Of a DNA stretch of 64,000 nucleotides, positions 34,800-43,733 are shown one piece after another (position 1 is the stretch's first letter; each line of letters opens with the position of its first letter). A program made the translations under genes and the position numbers. Location of the stretch: positions 640,001-704,000 of the forward strand of contig CAVUKA010000001.1 of the NCBI GenBank assembly GCA_963741945.1, read 5' to 3'. Under the pieces are notes generated by a model. It ran no database searches, was not told where the DNA came from, and was given only the letters and a program-made list of their open reading frames with translations. The stretch comes from an uncultured Gemmatimonadales bacterium (GTDB taxonomy: Bacteria; Gemmatimonadota; Gemmatimonadetes; Longimicrobiales; RSA9).

Positions 34800-36392
34800 T
34801 CATGGCGAGGCACCCGGCGGCGCTGGAACGGACGGCGCGAAAAGGAGATGGCCACCGATCGACGCGGTGGCGCAGGACCAGCCGTCCCCCCATTCGAAAT
34901 CCACCGTCCCGGAGAGCTCGAGGTGATCCAGAGAGCGCCACTGCACGCGGGCATCACCGCCGTGGCTTCCCCCCTGGCGCTCTGGCGCGTAGACGTTTTC
35001 CGCGCCGCGCTCGCGCACGAACGCCGCGCCCCGCACGCGCAGGCGCGCGTCCAGCGCCGCGGCGCCCGCGTACGCCCGCCACTCGGTCCCCTCTCCGCCC
35101 AGCGGATGCCCCAGGAGCACGCCATGGCTGGCCCAGCCGTCGTGGAAGCTGCTGTGCCGGTACCAGTTGCGCCCACCAATGAAGCGGGCGCGCTCAACGC
35201 CGGCGTAGGCGAGGGGCGCGCCGGGAAGCGCGGGGAGGAAGAACCCGAAGACCTGGCCGGGGGAGCGGAACCACGCGCCCGCGCTGTCCTCCGCGCCCCA
35301 GTCGAAGTAGAGCGACAGGGGGACGGGCGAGGCGGTTCGATACGCCACGTCGACGGCCACCACCGAGTTGGCCAGGGCGTTGAACGCTTCCTCCTGCTTT
35401 CCGAAAAGTGCGTAGGCCAGGCCGCGCAGCGTCAGCGGCTCGTTCTCTTCCCCCCCAATGAACATGCCCCGGGTCACCCCGATGGAAACGCGCGGGTGCG
35501 GGTGGACCGTGCCGCGGGCGGTCCACAGCCACGGGTGGCGGATGTCGCCGTTCCTGTCGAGGCGGGAGAGCGTGCTCTCGAACGTCACCGGCCCGAGGGC
35601 TCCGAAAACCCAGGGCAGCCGCACCGGATCCGGCAGGAACACGCCTCCACCATCGAACGCGACGGTCCCGGACAGCACCACGCCGCCCGCTTCCTCCGCG
35701 CGGTACCCGGTGGCGCGGCGCCCGGCCCACATAGCCACGGGCCCCACGACCACCTGCGCTTCCCCGCTCTCCAGCGCCAGCGCCCCGGGCGTCCAGCGCG
35801 CGGCCGCGGAGATGGACAGGTGCGGAAAGACGGCCGCGGCAGCGTCGCCCGCGACTGTGGCCTCCGCGCGGTCGGCAAGCCGCAGCGGGCTGCGCCACCC
35901 GTCCGCCGTGTACGCCCCCGTGCTCACCGCCCCATTCCGGGCGTCGGCCCCGCCGATCACGCTCGCGGCCAGCAGCGCGACGGTCCGGGCGGCCCGGGGC
36001 TCCAGGGCCGCCATCGTCGCCGGGAACTCTCCGCTCAGGAGGTCGAGGTACGCGGCGCCCAGACGCGCGGCCTCGGGATCGTCGCCGGCGGCGGCCGCAG
36101 CGAACGACAGCGTGGCCGTCCGCCGAGTCAGCGACCCCGTGGCCGGGTCCACGCCCGCCGGCAGCGCGCCCAGCGCCCGCAGCCGGCGCAGCGCCTCCGC
36201 CGCCCAGTGGTCCACCGACAGGAATGGCGACGCGAACACGGGTACGTCCGCGGGGGCGCCCTGCTGCGCCGCCGCCCCCGCCGGGAGCAGCGCCGCGCCC
36301 AGCGCCACGGCACACGCGCCGACAACGGCCCGGGCCATCCCTGCTGGGAGGGCGGGCCGCGGCTCACGGCGTAGTATGGGCAGATCCTGCAT
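34800..36392 (-). CDS. wzi: Capsule assembly Wzi-family outer-membrane protein
   Basis: Signal peptide; DHWA..LRRL..G N-terminus, GGVVLSG, beta-barrel-like body, WYRH..F.DGW...G..LGHPLG. Confidence 0.72.
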   Translation of the reverse strand: MQDLPILRREPRPALPAGMARAVVGACAVALGAALLPAGAAAQQGAPADVPVFASPFLSVDHWAAEALRRLRALGALPAGVDPATGSLTRRTATLSFAAAAAGDDPEAARLGAAYLDLLSGEFPATMAALEPRAARTVALLAASVIGGADARNGAVSTGAYTADGWRSPLRLADRAEATVAGDAAAAVFPHLSISAAARWTPGALALESGEAQVVVGPVAMWAGRRATGYRAEEAGGVVLSGTVAFDGGGVFLPDPVRLPWVFGALGPVTFESTLSRLDRNGDIRHPWLWTARGTVHPHPRVSIGVTRGMFIGGEENEPLTLRGLAYALFGKQEEAFNALANSVVAVDVAYRTASPVPLSLYFDWGAEDSAGAWFRSPGQVFGFFLPALPGAPLAYAGVERARFIGGRNWYRHSSFHDGWASHGVLLGHPLGGEGTEWRAYAGAAALDARLRVRGAAFVRERGAENVYAPERQGGSHGGDARVQWRSLDHLELSGTVDFEWGDGWSCATASIGGHLLFAPSVPAPPGASP

Positions 36393-36485
36393 CAGATTCT
36401 GTCATATCCCGGTGATCGGCGGCGAGGCGCGGCGGATGCCCGCGCGCTCCCGCGCGCTACGATCTGTGGATCTTGGGTGTACGGC

Positions 36486-36989
36486 CTACTTCAATGGAGA
36501 AACAGCGTCTGCAGAGACATCGACTTCGAGGGCCTGGCCGATGCGGTCGATTCCCACGAGGAGGCGGCGCCTGCCGCGGATCTCCCGGACCCGCCCGCGC
36601 ACGCCGCGGAAGGGGCCGCTGACCACCCGCACCGTTTGCCCGGTGCGGAAATCGGGCGCGGGATTGGGTCGGAGCCCGGAGGCCGCGAGCGCCTCGACGA
36701 AGCGGCGGACGTTCTCGATCTCCTCGTCGCGGATCGCGGCCGGCTCACCGGCGTGTCGGACGACATCGGCTACGCCCGGGGTGCGGACCACGGGGATCAG
36801 CTCCTCGCGCTCGAACCGGCAGAAGACATAGCTGGGGAACACGGGCCATTCCACGACCTTCTTCCGGTCGCTCCACTGACGCTCGGTCGGGACCATGGGG
36901 AGATACGTGGGGAAGCCTTTCCGCCTCAGCAGCGAAGCGGCCTTCTTTTCGCTCCTCGCCCGGGTATGGCACGCGTACCAGCTGGCCAC
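36486..36989 (-). CDS. UpxY/RfaH-family NusG paralog (transcription antiterminator)
   Basis: WYACHTRARSEKK, YLP, WSDRKKVVEWPVFPSYVF, KOW GQTVRVVSGPFRG; SD GGAGGT. Confidence 0.93.
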   Translation of the reverse strand: MASWYACHTRARSEKKAASLLRRKGFPTYLPMVPTERQWSDRKKVVEWPVFPSYVFCRFEREELIPVVRTPGVADVVRHAGEPAAIRDEEIENVRRFVEALAASGLRPNPAPDFRTGQTVRVVSGPFRGVRGRVREIRGRRRLLVGIDRIGQALEVDVSADAVSPLK

Positions 36990-37127
36990 CTATACACCTC
37001 CGGCCCATCGGTCACACAGGGCACTTCCGATACAGCCCGGGGGTTCGCGGCCGCCGCGTTGCGGCGGATCTGTGGTTCAGAGCCGAGATCACGGGGCGGG
37101 CGGCGCCCGCCCCTCCTGCGAGCCGTA

Positions 37128-37155
37128 AAGCTAGATGAAGAGCGGCCGTTGTCAA
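37128..37155 (-). promoter_or_regulatory. Sigma70 promoter of the capsule operon
   Basis: Minus strand TTGACA-N16-TAGCTT, about 140 bp upstream of the upxY start. Confidence 0.65.
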
Positions 37156-37503
37156 AGGGGGCACCCCCCACGACGCGCTGCTGGCGCGTTTCGGCGCAGG
37201 CGAAGCCCCGCGGCGCGACATCGCCAATGGACCCGTGGAGGACGGGGCCGTTCGTCGCACGGCCGTAACCTGTTGCACGACCACCCTTTGACGCCTGATG
37301 CCGCTTCTAACCCGGACGGGCCCGTTTCGCGCACCTCTGGATCCGCGTGGCGGCCGCATCAGGCCGCACCCCCTCCCGAAAAGGGCACCCCGGCCGCGAG
37401 GTCGGTCCGCAAAGCCGCGGGTCTCCCCGAGACCGCCCGGCTACCGAAGAGGGCGATTGCCAGCACCGAGCCGGCATGAACCGCTTCTGGGAGAGAGGCA
37501 CGT

Positions 37504-38349
37504 ATGAGAAGAGTAGCAGCGGTACTCCCCCTGATCGTCGCGCTGGCGGCGGCCTGCGGGGAGACGACCACGGCGCCGAACGTCATGATGGCGCCCGCCG
37601 GGGCCAGCCTGGACGCCGGGGGCACTGGCAAGCTGGACACGCCCACGGGCCCGACGTTGGAGTGCCCGGCGAACGGGCAGGACGAAGGCTGGTGCACGGC
37701 CACCTGGGGCGGCGTGGAAGGCGCCGCGTCGTACGAGCTCGTGATCCAGGGCGCCGGCGGAACTCAGAAGGTGGAGACGCCGGCCACGTCCGCGGCGTTC
37801 GAGCTCCCATGGTCGCAGAACGACTGGTGCGTGAAAGTGCGCGCGCTGGCCGAGGGCGGCCCCGGCACGAACTCGAGCCAGTACACGGCGTGCGTGGCGG
37901 TCGACGGCACCGAGCCGACGATCTGCGCCGCCACGGTGGCGCCGGCCCTCACGGTGGCCTCGCCCGCCGCGTTCCCGTACGACATCCAGCGTTCGGATAA
38001 CAACCTGAACCAGAACAGCATCTTCGATGTAGTCTTTTCGGGGACGGTGGACTGGAAGGGCGACGACTCGGGCGTCACGACGTCGCTGACGTACGCCGTG
38101 GACGACGAGTACCTGTCCACCGACCACCCGTCGTACACGGCCGCCGACATGGTCGATACGGACGTGGAGTCTCTGACCGGGACGGCCTGGTCGCAGACGA
38201 TCCCGCTCCCGGCCTACAAGCTTGGCGGCGATGCCGATGGGCATTCGTACCTGGTCACCCTCACGGCCACGAACTGCTTCGGCAGTGCGCAGACGACGGC
38301 CACGGTGGTCTTCGATCACGACAGCGGGAACGACAAGAAGGAAAAGTAG
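37504..38349 (+). CDS. Hypothetical lipoprotein with FN3-like region
   Basis: Lipobox LAAAC; TW..VEGAASYEL and VKVRA pattern; several Cys; SD GAGG. Confidence 0.8.
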   Translation: MRRVAAVLPLIVALAAACGETTTAPNVMMAPAGASLDAGGTGKLDTPTGPTLECPANGQDEGWCTATWGGVEGAASYELVIQGAGGTQKVETPATSAAFELPWSQNDWCVKVRALAEGGPGTNSSQYTACVAVDGTEPTICAATVAPALTVASPAAFPYDIQRSDNNLNQNSIFDVVFSGTVDWKGDDSGVTTSLTYAVDDEYLSTDHPSYTAADMVDTDVESLTGTAWSQTIPLPAYKLGGDADGHSYLVTLTATNCFGSAQTTATVVFDHDSGNDKKEK

Positions 38350-38386
38350 GCCGCCCCCCTCTCTCTCCCCGGGGGTTCGATGAAAC

Positions 38387-38429
38387 GGCCGGCGGGGCGG
38401 TTCCGGGGTACCGGGGCCGCCCCGCCGGC
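38387..38429. terminator. GC hairpin downstream of the lipoprotein
   Basis: GCCGGCGGGGCGG...CCGCCCCGCCGGC followed by TTCCATTT. Confidence 0.55.
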
Positions 38430-38513
38430 TTCCATTTCGGTCCTGCCGCCGCGCGCCCTTCCGTCCCGAGGCCGGCACCGCGCGCCCTTCCGCTCCGAGG
38501 CCGGCGCCGCTCG

Positions 38514-38687
38514 ATCAACTCGACCTGTCGAGCTCCCTCGACCGGGCCGATGTCGAGTTGACAGCGCGACCCACAGCAAACTCGACATCCCCTCGTCCAC
38601 GCCGGCCGGGCACGGTCGACTTGACTGCGAATTCCGCCACCAATCCGACATCGCCGCCGGATACGAAACGCGAGAGGTCGAGTTGAT
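38514..38687. repeat. Array of three ~63-bp dyad units
   Basis: CAACTCGAC-like half-sites near 38516, 38578 and 38641; GTCGAGTTGA-like half-sites at 38552, 38615 and 38677. Confidence 0.8.
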
Positions 38688-38764
38688 TGCGACCACCGGG
38701 CCGCCTGGCGACGACCGCGACGTCCCTGGCCGCCGCGCCACCCCGGCCCCCCCGTCCGCCCGCC

Positions 38765-39322
38765 CTACTCCACCGCCGGCAGCTCCTCCTCCGCCACATC
38801 CGCGAGCCGTGCCGCCGCCGCGTCCTTCTCCGACAACACGGGCCGCGTCACCGGCCAGCCGATCCCGATGTCCGGGTCGTCCCAGCGGATGGCGCGGTCG
38901 TGCTCCGGCGCGTACGCCCGCGTGCACTTGTACGCCACCACCGCATCCGTGTCCGACGTGACCACGTAGCCGTGGGCGAAGCCTTCGGGGATCCACAGCT
39001 GCTGGCCGTTCTCCGCGCTCAGGAGCTGTCCGACCCAGCGGGCGAACGTGGGGGAGCCGCGCCGGATGTCCACGGCCACGTCGAACACTTCGCCGTGCAC
39101 CGCCATGACCAGCTTTCCCTGTGGCCGGGGCCACTGGTAGTGCAGCCCGCGCAGCACGCCGGCCCGGGAGAACGCGACGTTGTCCTGGACGAAGTCGCCG
39201 GGGATGCCGTTGTCGGCGTAGCGGTCGCGTCGCCAGGTCTCCAGGAAGTGGCCGCGGTCGTCACGGAAGACGCGGGGCCGGATGAGCTTCACCCCGTCGA
39301 GGGCCAGGTCGATCACGTCCAT
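38765..39322 (-). CDS. rmlC: dTDP-4-dehydrorhamnose 3,5-epimerase
   Basis: [46 protein letters not shown]. Confidence 0.96.
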   Translation of the reverse strand: MDVIDLALDGVKLIRPRVFRDDRGHFLETWRRDRYADNGIPGDFVQDNVAFSRAGVLRGLHYQWPRPQGKLVMAVHGEVFDVAVDIRRGSPTFARWVGQLLSAENGQQLWIPEGFAHGYVVTSDTDAVVAYKCTRAYAPEHDRAIRWDDPDIGIGWPVTRPVLSEKDAAAARLADVAEEELPAVE

Positions 39323-40200
39323 CGGGCCGGCCGCTCGAGGATGTTCAGCAGGTAGCTTCCGTAGCCGCTCTTCCGGAGCGGCTCCGCCAGCTCTCGCAGG
39401 CGACGATCGTCGATCCACCCCATCCGGTATGCGATCTCTTCCGGCACCGCCACTTTCAGCCCCTGCCGGGCCTCGATGGTCTGCATGAACGACGACGCGT
39501 CGTGCAGCGACGCGTGCGTCCCCGTGTCCAGCCACGCGAAGCCGCGACCCAGCACGTCCATGCGCAGCGAGCGGCCGCGCAGGTACGCCAGGTTCACGTC
39601 CGTGATCTCGTACTCCCCGCGCGCCGACTTCTCCAGCCCGGCCGCGATCTCCACCACCCGGTTGTCGTAGAAGTAGAGCCCCGTCACCGCGTAGTTCGAG
39701 CGCGGCGACGCCGGCTTCTCCTCGATCCCCACCACATCGCCTTCGTCGCCCAGCTCCGCCACCCCGTAGCGCTCCGGGTCCTGCACGTAGTAGCCGAAGA
39801 TGGTGGCGCCCTCCGTCCGCGCGCCCGCGTCGCGCAAGAGCCGGCTCAGCCCATGGCCGTAGAAGATGTTGTCGCCCAGGACCAGCGCCACCGGGTCGCT
39901 TCCGATGAAGTCGCGCCCGATGGTGAACGCCTGCGCCAGCCCCTCGGGCGAGGGCTGCTCGGCGTAGGAGAAGGAGAGCCCCCAGTCGTCGCCATCGCCG
40001 AGCAGCTGCCGGAAGCGCGGCAGGTCCTCCGGCGTGGAGATCACCAGGATGTCGCGGATCCCCGCCAGCATGAGCGTGCTCAGCGGGTAATAGATCATCG
40101 GCTTGTCGAACACCGGGAGCAGCTGCTTGCTCACCACCCGCGTGATCGGGTACAGCCGCGTGCCCGCGCCCCCCGCCAGTATGATCCCCTTACGCCCCAT
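39313..40200 (-). CDS. rmlA: Glucose-1-phosphate thymidylyltransferase
   Basis: [40 protein letters not shown]. Confidence 0.97.
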   Translation of the reverse strand: MGRKGIILAGGAGTRLYPITRVVSKQLLPVFDKPMIYYPLSTLMLAGIRDILVISTPEDLPRFRQLLGDGDDWGLSFSYAEQPSPEGLAQAFTIGRDFIGSDPVALVLGDNIFYGHGLSRLLRDAGARTEGATIFGYYVQDPERYGVAELGDEGDVVGIEEKPASPRSNYAVTGLYFYDNRVVEIAAGLEKSARGEYEITDVNLAYLRGRSLRMDVLGRGFAWLDTGTHASLHDASSFMQTIEARQGLKVAVPEEIAYRMGWIDDRRLRELAEPLRKSGYGSYLLNILERPARWT

Positions 40201-41768
40201 TACCTTTCCTCCCCCTGCCCCATTCCGTGTCCCCGTCCGTGCTCCGTCTGGCGTGTCCGGCCGTTCCCTCCATGTCCGTGCCCATGTCCGTGTCCGCGTC
40301 CGCGTCCGTGTCCGCGTCCGTGCCCGCGTCCGTGTCCGTGTCCGTGCCCGTGTCCGTGCCCGCGTCCGTGCCCGTGTCCGTGTCCGTGTCCGCGTCCGCG
40401 TCCGTGCCCGTGTCCGTGTCCGCGTCCGTGCCCGCGTCCGTGCCCGCGTCCGTGTCCGCGTCCGTGCCCGTGCCCGTGTCCGTGCCCGCGTCCGTGCCCG
40501 CGTCCGTGCCCGCGTCCGTGTCCGCGTCCGTGTCCAGCCCCAGCCGCTCGCCCCGGTACGCCCCCGACCGGATCCGCTCCCACCACCAGCGGTTCTCCGC
40601 GTACCACGCCACGGTCTCCCGCAGCCCCTCCTCGAAGCTCCGCTCCGGCCGCCATCCCAGCTCCCGCTCCGCCCGCGCCGGGTCGATGGCGTAGCGGAGG
40701 TCGTGTCCCGGCCGGTCCTCCACGAACCGGATCAGGCGACGCCGCGACCCATCGCCCCCGTCGCCCTCGTCGCCCCTCGTCGCCCTCGTCGCCCCCGTCG
40801 CCCCCGTCGCCCCCGTCGCCCTCGTCGCCCTCGTCGCCCTCTTCGAGCGAGAGCGGCCCGGCGAGGTCGTCGACGACGTCGCAGATGCGCTCCACCACCT
40901 CGAGGTTGCGCCGCTCCCCGTGGCCGCCGAACAGGTACGTGGCCCCGGGCTCGCCGCGCTCCAGCGCGAGCAGGAGGCCGCGGGCGTGGTCATCCACGTG
41001 CAGCCAGTCGCGCACGTTCTCGCCCCGCCCGTACACGGGCAGCGCCCGCCCCTCCAGCGCGTGCAGGATCATGAGCGGGATCAGCTTCTCGGGGAACTGG
41101 TACGGGCCGTAGTTGTTGGAGCAGTTCGTGACGACGGTGGGCAGGCCGAACGTCCGGTGCCACGCCCGCGCCAGGTGGTCGGAGCCGGCCTTGCTGGCGG
41201 AGTACGGGGAGCTCGGGTCGTACGGCGTGTTCTCCGTGAACCGGCCGTGCGCCCCCAGCGACCCGAACACCTCGTCCGTGGACACGTGCACGAACCGGAA
41301 CGCCGCCCGGCGTGCGTGGTCCAGCCGCAGCCAGTGGCGACGCGCCTCTTCCAGCAGCACGTACGTCCCGACCACGTTGGTCTCCACGAACGCCCCCGGC
41401 GCGTCGATGGACCGGTCCACGTGCGACTCCGCGGCCAGGTGCAGCACCGCATCGGGACGGTGGCGGTCGAACACCGCCCTCACCGCGTGGCGGTCCCGGA
41501 TGTCGGCGCGCTCGAAGACGTAGCGGGCCTCGCCGCCCTCGCCCGAGACCTCGCCCGAGCCGTCCGCGGGCACGCCGGGGGCGCCCTCGACCTCCCGGAG
41601 CGAGTCCAGGTTCGCCGCGTACGTGAGCGCGTCGAGGTTCACCACCCGGTGCGGCGTACTCCGGACCAGCATCCGGACCACCGCCGAGCCGATGAAGCCG
41701 GCCCCGCCGGTGACGAGGATCGTGCGGCGGTCGGGGGCAGTCACGGGGTCTCTCCCAGGGTCGTTCAT
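40190..41768 (-). CDS. rmlB: dTDP-glucose 4,6-dehydratase with a frameshift in a 9-mer repeat and a repeat-encoded tail
   Basis: [45 protein letters not shown]; the C-terminal [10 protein letters not shown] is in another frame after 40769-40778. Confidence 0.93.
40269..40535. repeat. Hexanucleotide tandem repeat (YCCGYG), about 44 units
   Basis: Run of TCCGTG/CCCGTG/TCCGCG/CCCGCG units. Confidence 0.95.
40751..40841. repeat. Nonanucleotide tandem repeat GTCGCCCYC x10, one unit 10 nt long
   Basis: Counted directly; the unit at 40769-40778 (GTCGCCCCTC) has an extra C. Confidence 0.92.
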
Positions 41769-41883
41769 GGTGGGCGTACGGGTACGCGTGGACGGGGCGC
41801 GCTGTCAAGGCGGGGCGGCGGCGGGCGCATCCGGAAGGGGCGGGCGGCGGACGCGTCCGGGCGCCGTCCGTCGCCCCCCCACC

Positions 41884-42765
41884 CTACGTCCCCGCCGTTT
41901 CCTCGCGCTCCGCCAGGTACCGCGCGAGCCCGTCGCGCCACGACGGCAGCGGCCCGATGCGGTCGCTGGTCCGGCCGGTGTGCAGCACGCTGAAGCGGGG
42001 GCGGCGGGCGGTGGCGGGATAGCGGTCGCTTGTGACCGGCTGCACTTCCGCTTCGATCCCCGCCCGCGCGACGATCTCCACGGCGAACTGGTACCAGCTG
42101 GCGCTGCCCTCGTTGGTGGCGTGCCAGGTGTCGGCGGGGGCGTCGTCGTCCAGAAGGGCGACGATGGCGGCGGCGAGGTCCGGGGCGTAGGTCGGGGCCA
42201 TGACGGTGTCGCTGACCACTTGCAGCCGGTCCCGCTCACGGCCGAGCCGGAGCATGGTCTCGACGAAGTTGCCACCGCCATCCCGGGCGCCGGCGACGCC
42301 GAACACGGACGACGTCCGGACCACCAGCGTGCCGTCGGGGTGCGCCCGTCGCGCCAGCGCCTCGCCGGCGAGCTTCGACGCGCCGTAGACGTTGATCGGC
42401 GCCGGCGGGTCGTCGGGCAGGTACGGCCCCTCGCTTTCGCCGTCGAAGACGTAGTCGGTGCTCACCTGCACCAGCCGGGCGCCGCGCGTCGCGCACGCTT
42501 TCGCCACCTGCTCGACCGCGTACGCGTTCACCCGGAAGGCCGCCTCCGCGTCCGACTCCGCCGCGTCCACGCCCGTGTACGCCGCGCTGTTGACGCACGC
42601 GGAGAACTCGAGCCGCTCGAGGACGTCCCGGACCGAGGCGGTGTCGAACAGGTCCAGGTCGTCGCGCGTCAGGCCGGCCACCGCCCACCCCGCCGCTTCC
42701 GCCGCGCGCACCACCTCGGTGCCCAGCTGACCGCCCGCCCCCAGCACCAGCATCGTGTGACCCAT
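41884..42765 (-). CDS. rmlD: dTDP-4-dehydrorhamnose reductase
   Basis: GAGGQLG, AAYTGVDAAE, STDYVFDG, YGASKLAGE, RRPRFS. Confidence 0.95.
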   Translation of the reverse strand: MGHTMLVLGAGGQLGTEVVRAAEAAGWAVAGLTRDDLDLFDTASVRDVLERLEFSACVNSAAYTGVDAAESDAEAAFRVNAYAVEQVAKACATRGARLVQVSTDYVFDGESEGPYLPDDPPAPINVYGASKLAGEALARRAHPDGTLVVRTSSVFGVAGARDGGGNFVETMLRLGRERDRLQVVSDTVMAPTYAPDLAAAIVALLDDDAPADTWHATNEGSASWYQFAVEIVARAGIEAEVQPVTSDRYPATARRPRFSVLHTGRTSDRIGPLPSWRDGLARYLAEREETAGT

Positions 42766-42801
42766 CGGCGTTTCCAGGTTGTGAAGGTTCGAAGGCGGAC
42801 A

Positions 42802-42950
42802 CCGTGACACGAAGGGCTCGAAGGGGGCACGAAGAACGCGAAGGGGGCGTAACGCGCGAGCCGGCCATCACGGCCGGCGGGTCACCGTAGAAAGAAAATG
42901 GAATTTCCTTCGACCCCTTCGTGCCCCCCCTTCGAGCCCTTCGTGTCACG
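42802..42950. repeat. Inverted pair of CGTGACACGAAG family elements (REPIN-like)
   Basis: CGTGACACGAAGGGCTCGAAGGGGGCACGAAG (42803-42834) and its reverse complement, with a longer C run, at 42917-42950. Confidence 0.9.
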
Positions 42951-42975
42951 CCGTTCGAATTGCGCGCGCTTCCCC

Positions 42976-43710
42976 CTACTTCGATCCTCCCAGCTCCTTC
43001 GCCTCCGCGCTCTCCGGGTACTGCGTCCGCAGCTTCTGCAGCACGTCCGCCCGCTCGTCGCTGTACTCCAGGATCTCGTAGATCTTGGCGAGCCGACCGA
43101 GCGCCTTCGGCGCGTGCTCCGTCTGCGGGTACTGCTCGGCCACGGCCTCGAAGTAGATGATGGCGCTGTCGTAGGCGCGACGGCGGTAGTACCAGTCACC
43201 GCCCTCGAACAGCTTCGTCGCCAGCTTCTCGCGCATCTCCGCGATGATCCGGCGTGCCTCGTCGGCGTGGCTGCTGTCGGGGAAGTAGCTGAGCAGCGCC
43301 TGGCAGTGGTCGATGGCGGCGCGCGTGTACTCCTGGTCCAGCTGCGGGTCGGGCGACAGCTCCTCATAGGCGCGGCACGCCATGAAGCGGGCGTCGTCGG
43401 CCAGGTCGGTGCGGCCCAGGTCGGCGGCCAGGCGCGTGAACTCGCCCGCCGCGCTGACGTACTGGTGGTCCTGGAAGTACGCCTGCCCCACGTAGTACCG
43501 CGCCTGGTGCACCCGCGGGTCCGTGCCGCCCACGGTGGTGTAGCGGCCGAAGTACTGGATCGCCTTGTCCCAGTGCTCCGCGTTGTACGCGTCCACGCCC
43601 TTCAGCCACAGGTCCTCGGGCGTCATCTGCGTGATCGGCGGCGCCTTGGGCCCGCACGCGCCGCCCACCGTGGCGACCAGCGCCAGGAGCGCCACGGCCA
43701 CAGGCCTCAT
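42976..43710 (-). CDS. bamD: Outer membrane protein assembly factor BamD
   Basis: Lipoprotein signal (GGAC), TPRs, SPDPQLDQEYT, LATKLFEGGDWYYRR..YDSAIIYF. Confidence 0.88.
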   Translation of the reverse strand: MRPVAVALLALVATVGGACGPKAPPITQMTPEDLWLKGVDAYNAEHWDKAIQYFGRYTTVGGTDPRVHQARYYVGQAYFQDHQYVSAAGEFTRLAADLGRTDLADDARFMACRAYEELSPDPQLDQEYTRAAIDHCQALLSYFPDSSHADEARRIIAEMREKLATKLFEGGDWYYRRRAYDSAIIYFEAVAEQYPQTEHAPKALGRLAKIYEILEYSDERADVLQKLRTQYPESAEAKELGGSK

Positions 43711-43733
43711 CCCCTTCAACCCTGAGCTTCTCG

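Noticed and set aside
38514..38687. CRISPR array or integron attC sites
   Set aside because: The repeats are degenerate and alternate in orientation, and there are no cas or intI genes. The AAC...GTT units are about 49 bp, shorter than typical attC sites, and have no cassette ORFs.
39502..41112. Cys-Pro, Arg-Val and Ser-Val repeat proteins on the plus strand
   Set aside because: These are alternative-frame translations of the hexamer repeat antisense to rmlB.
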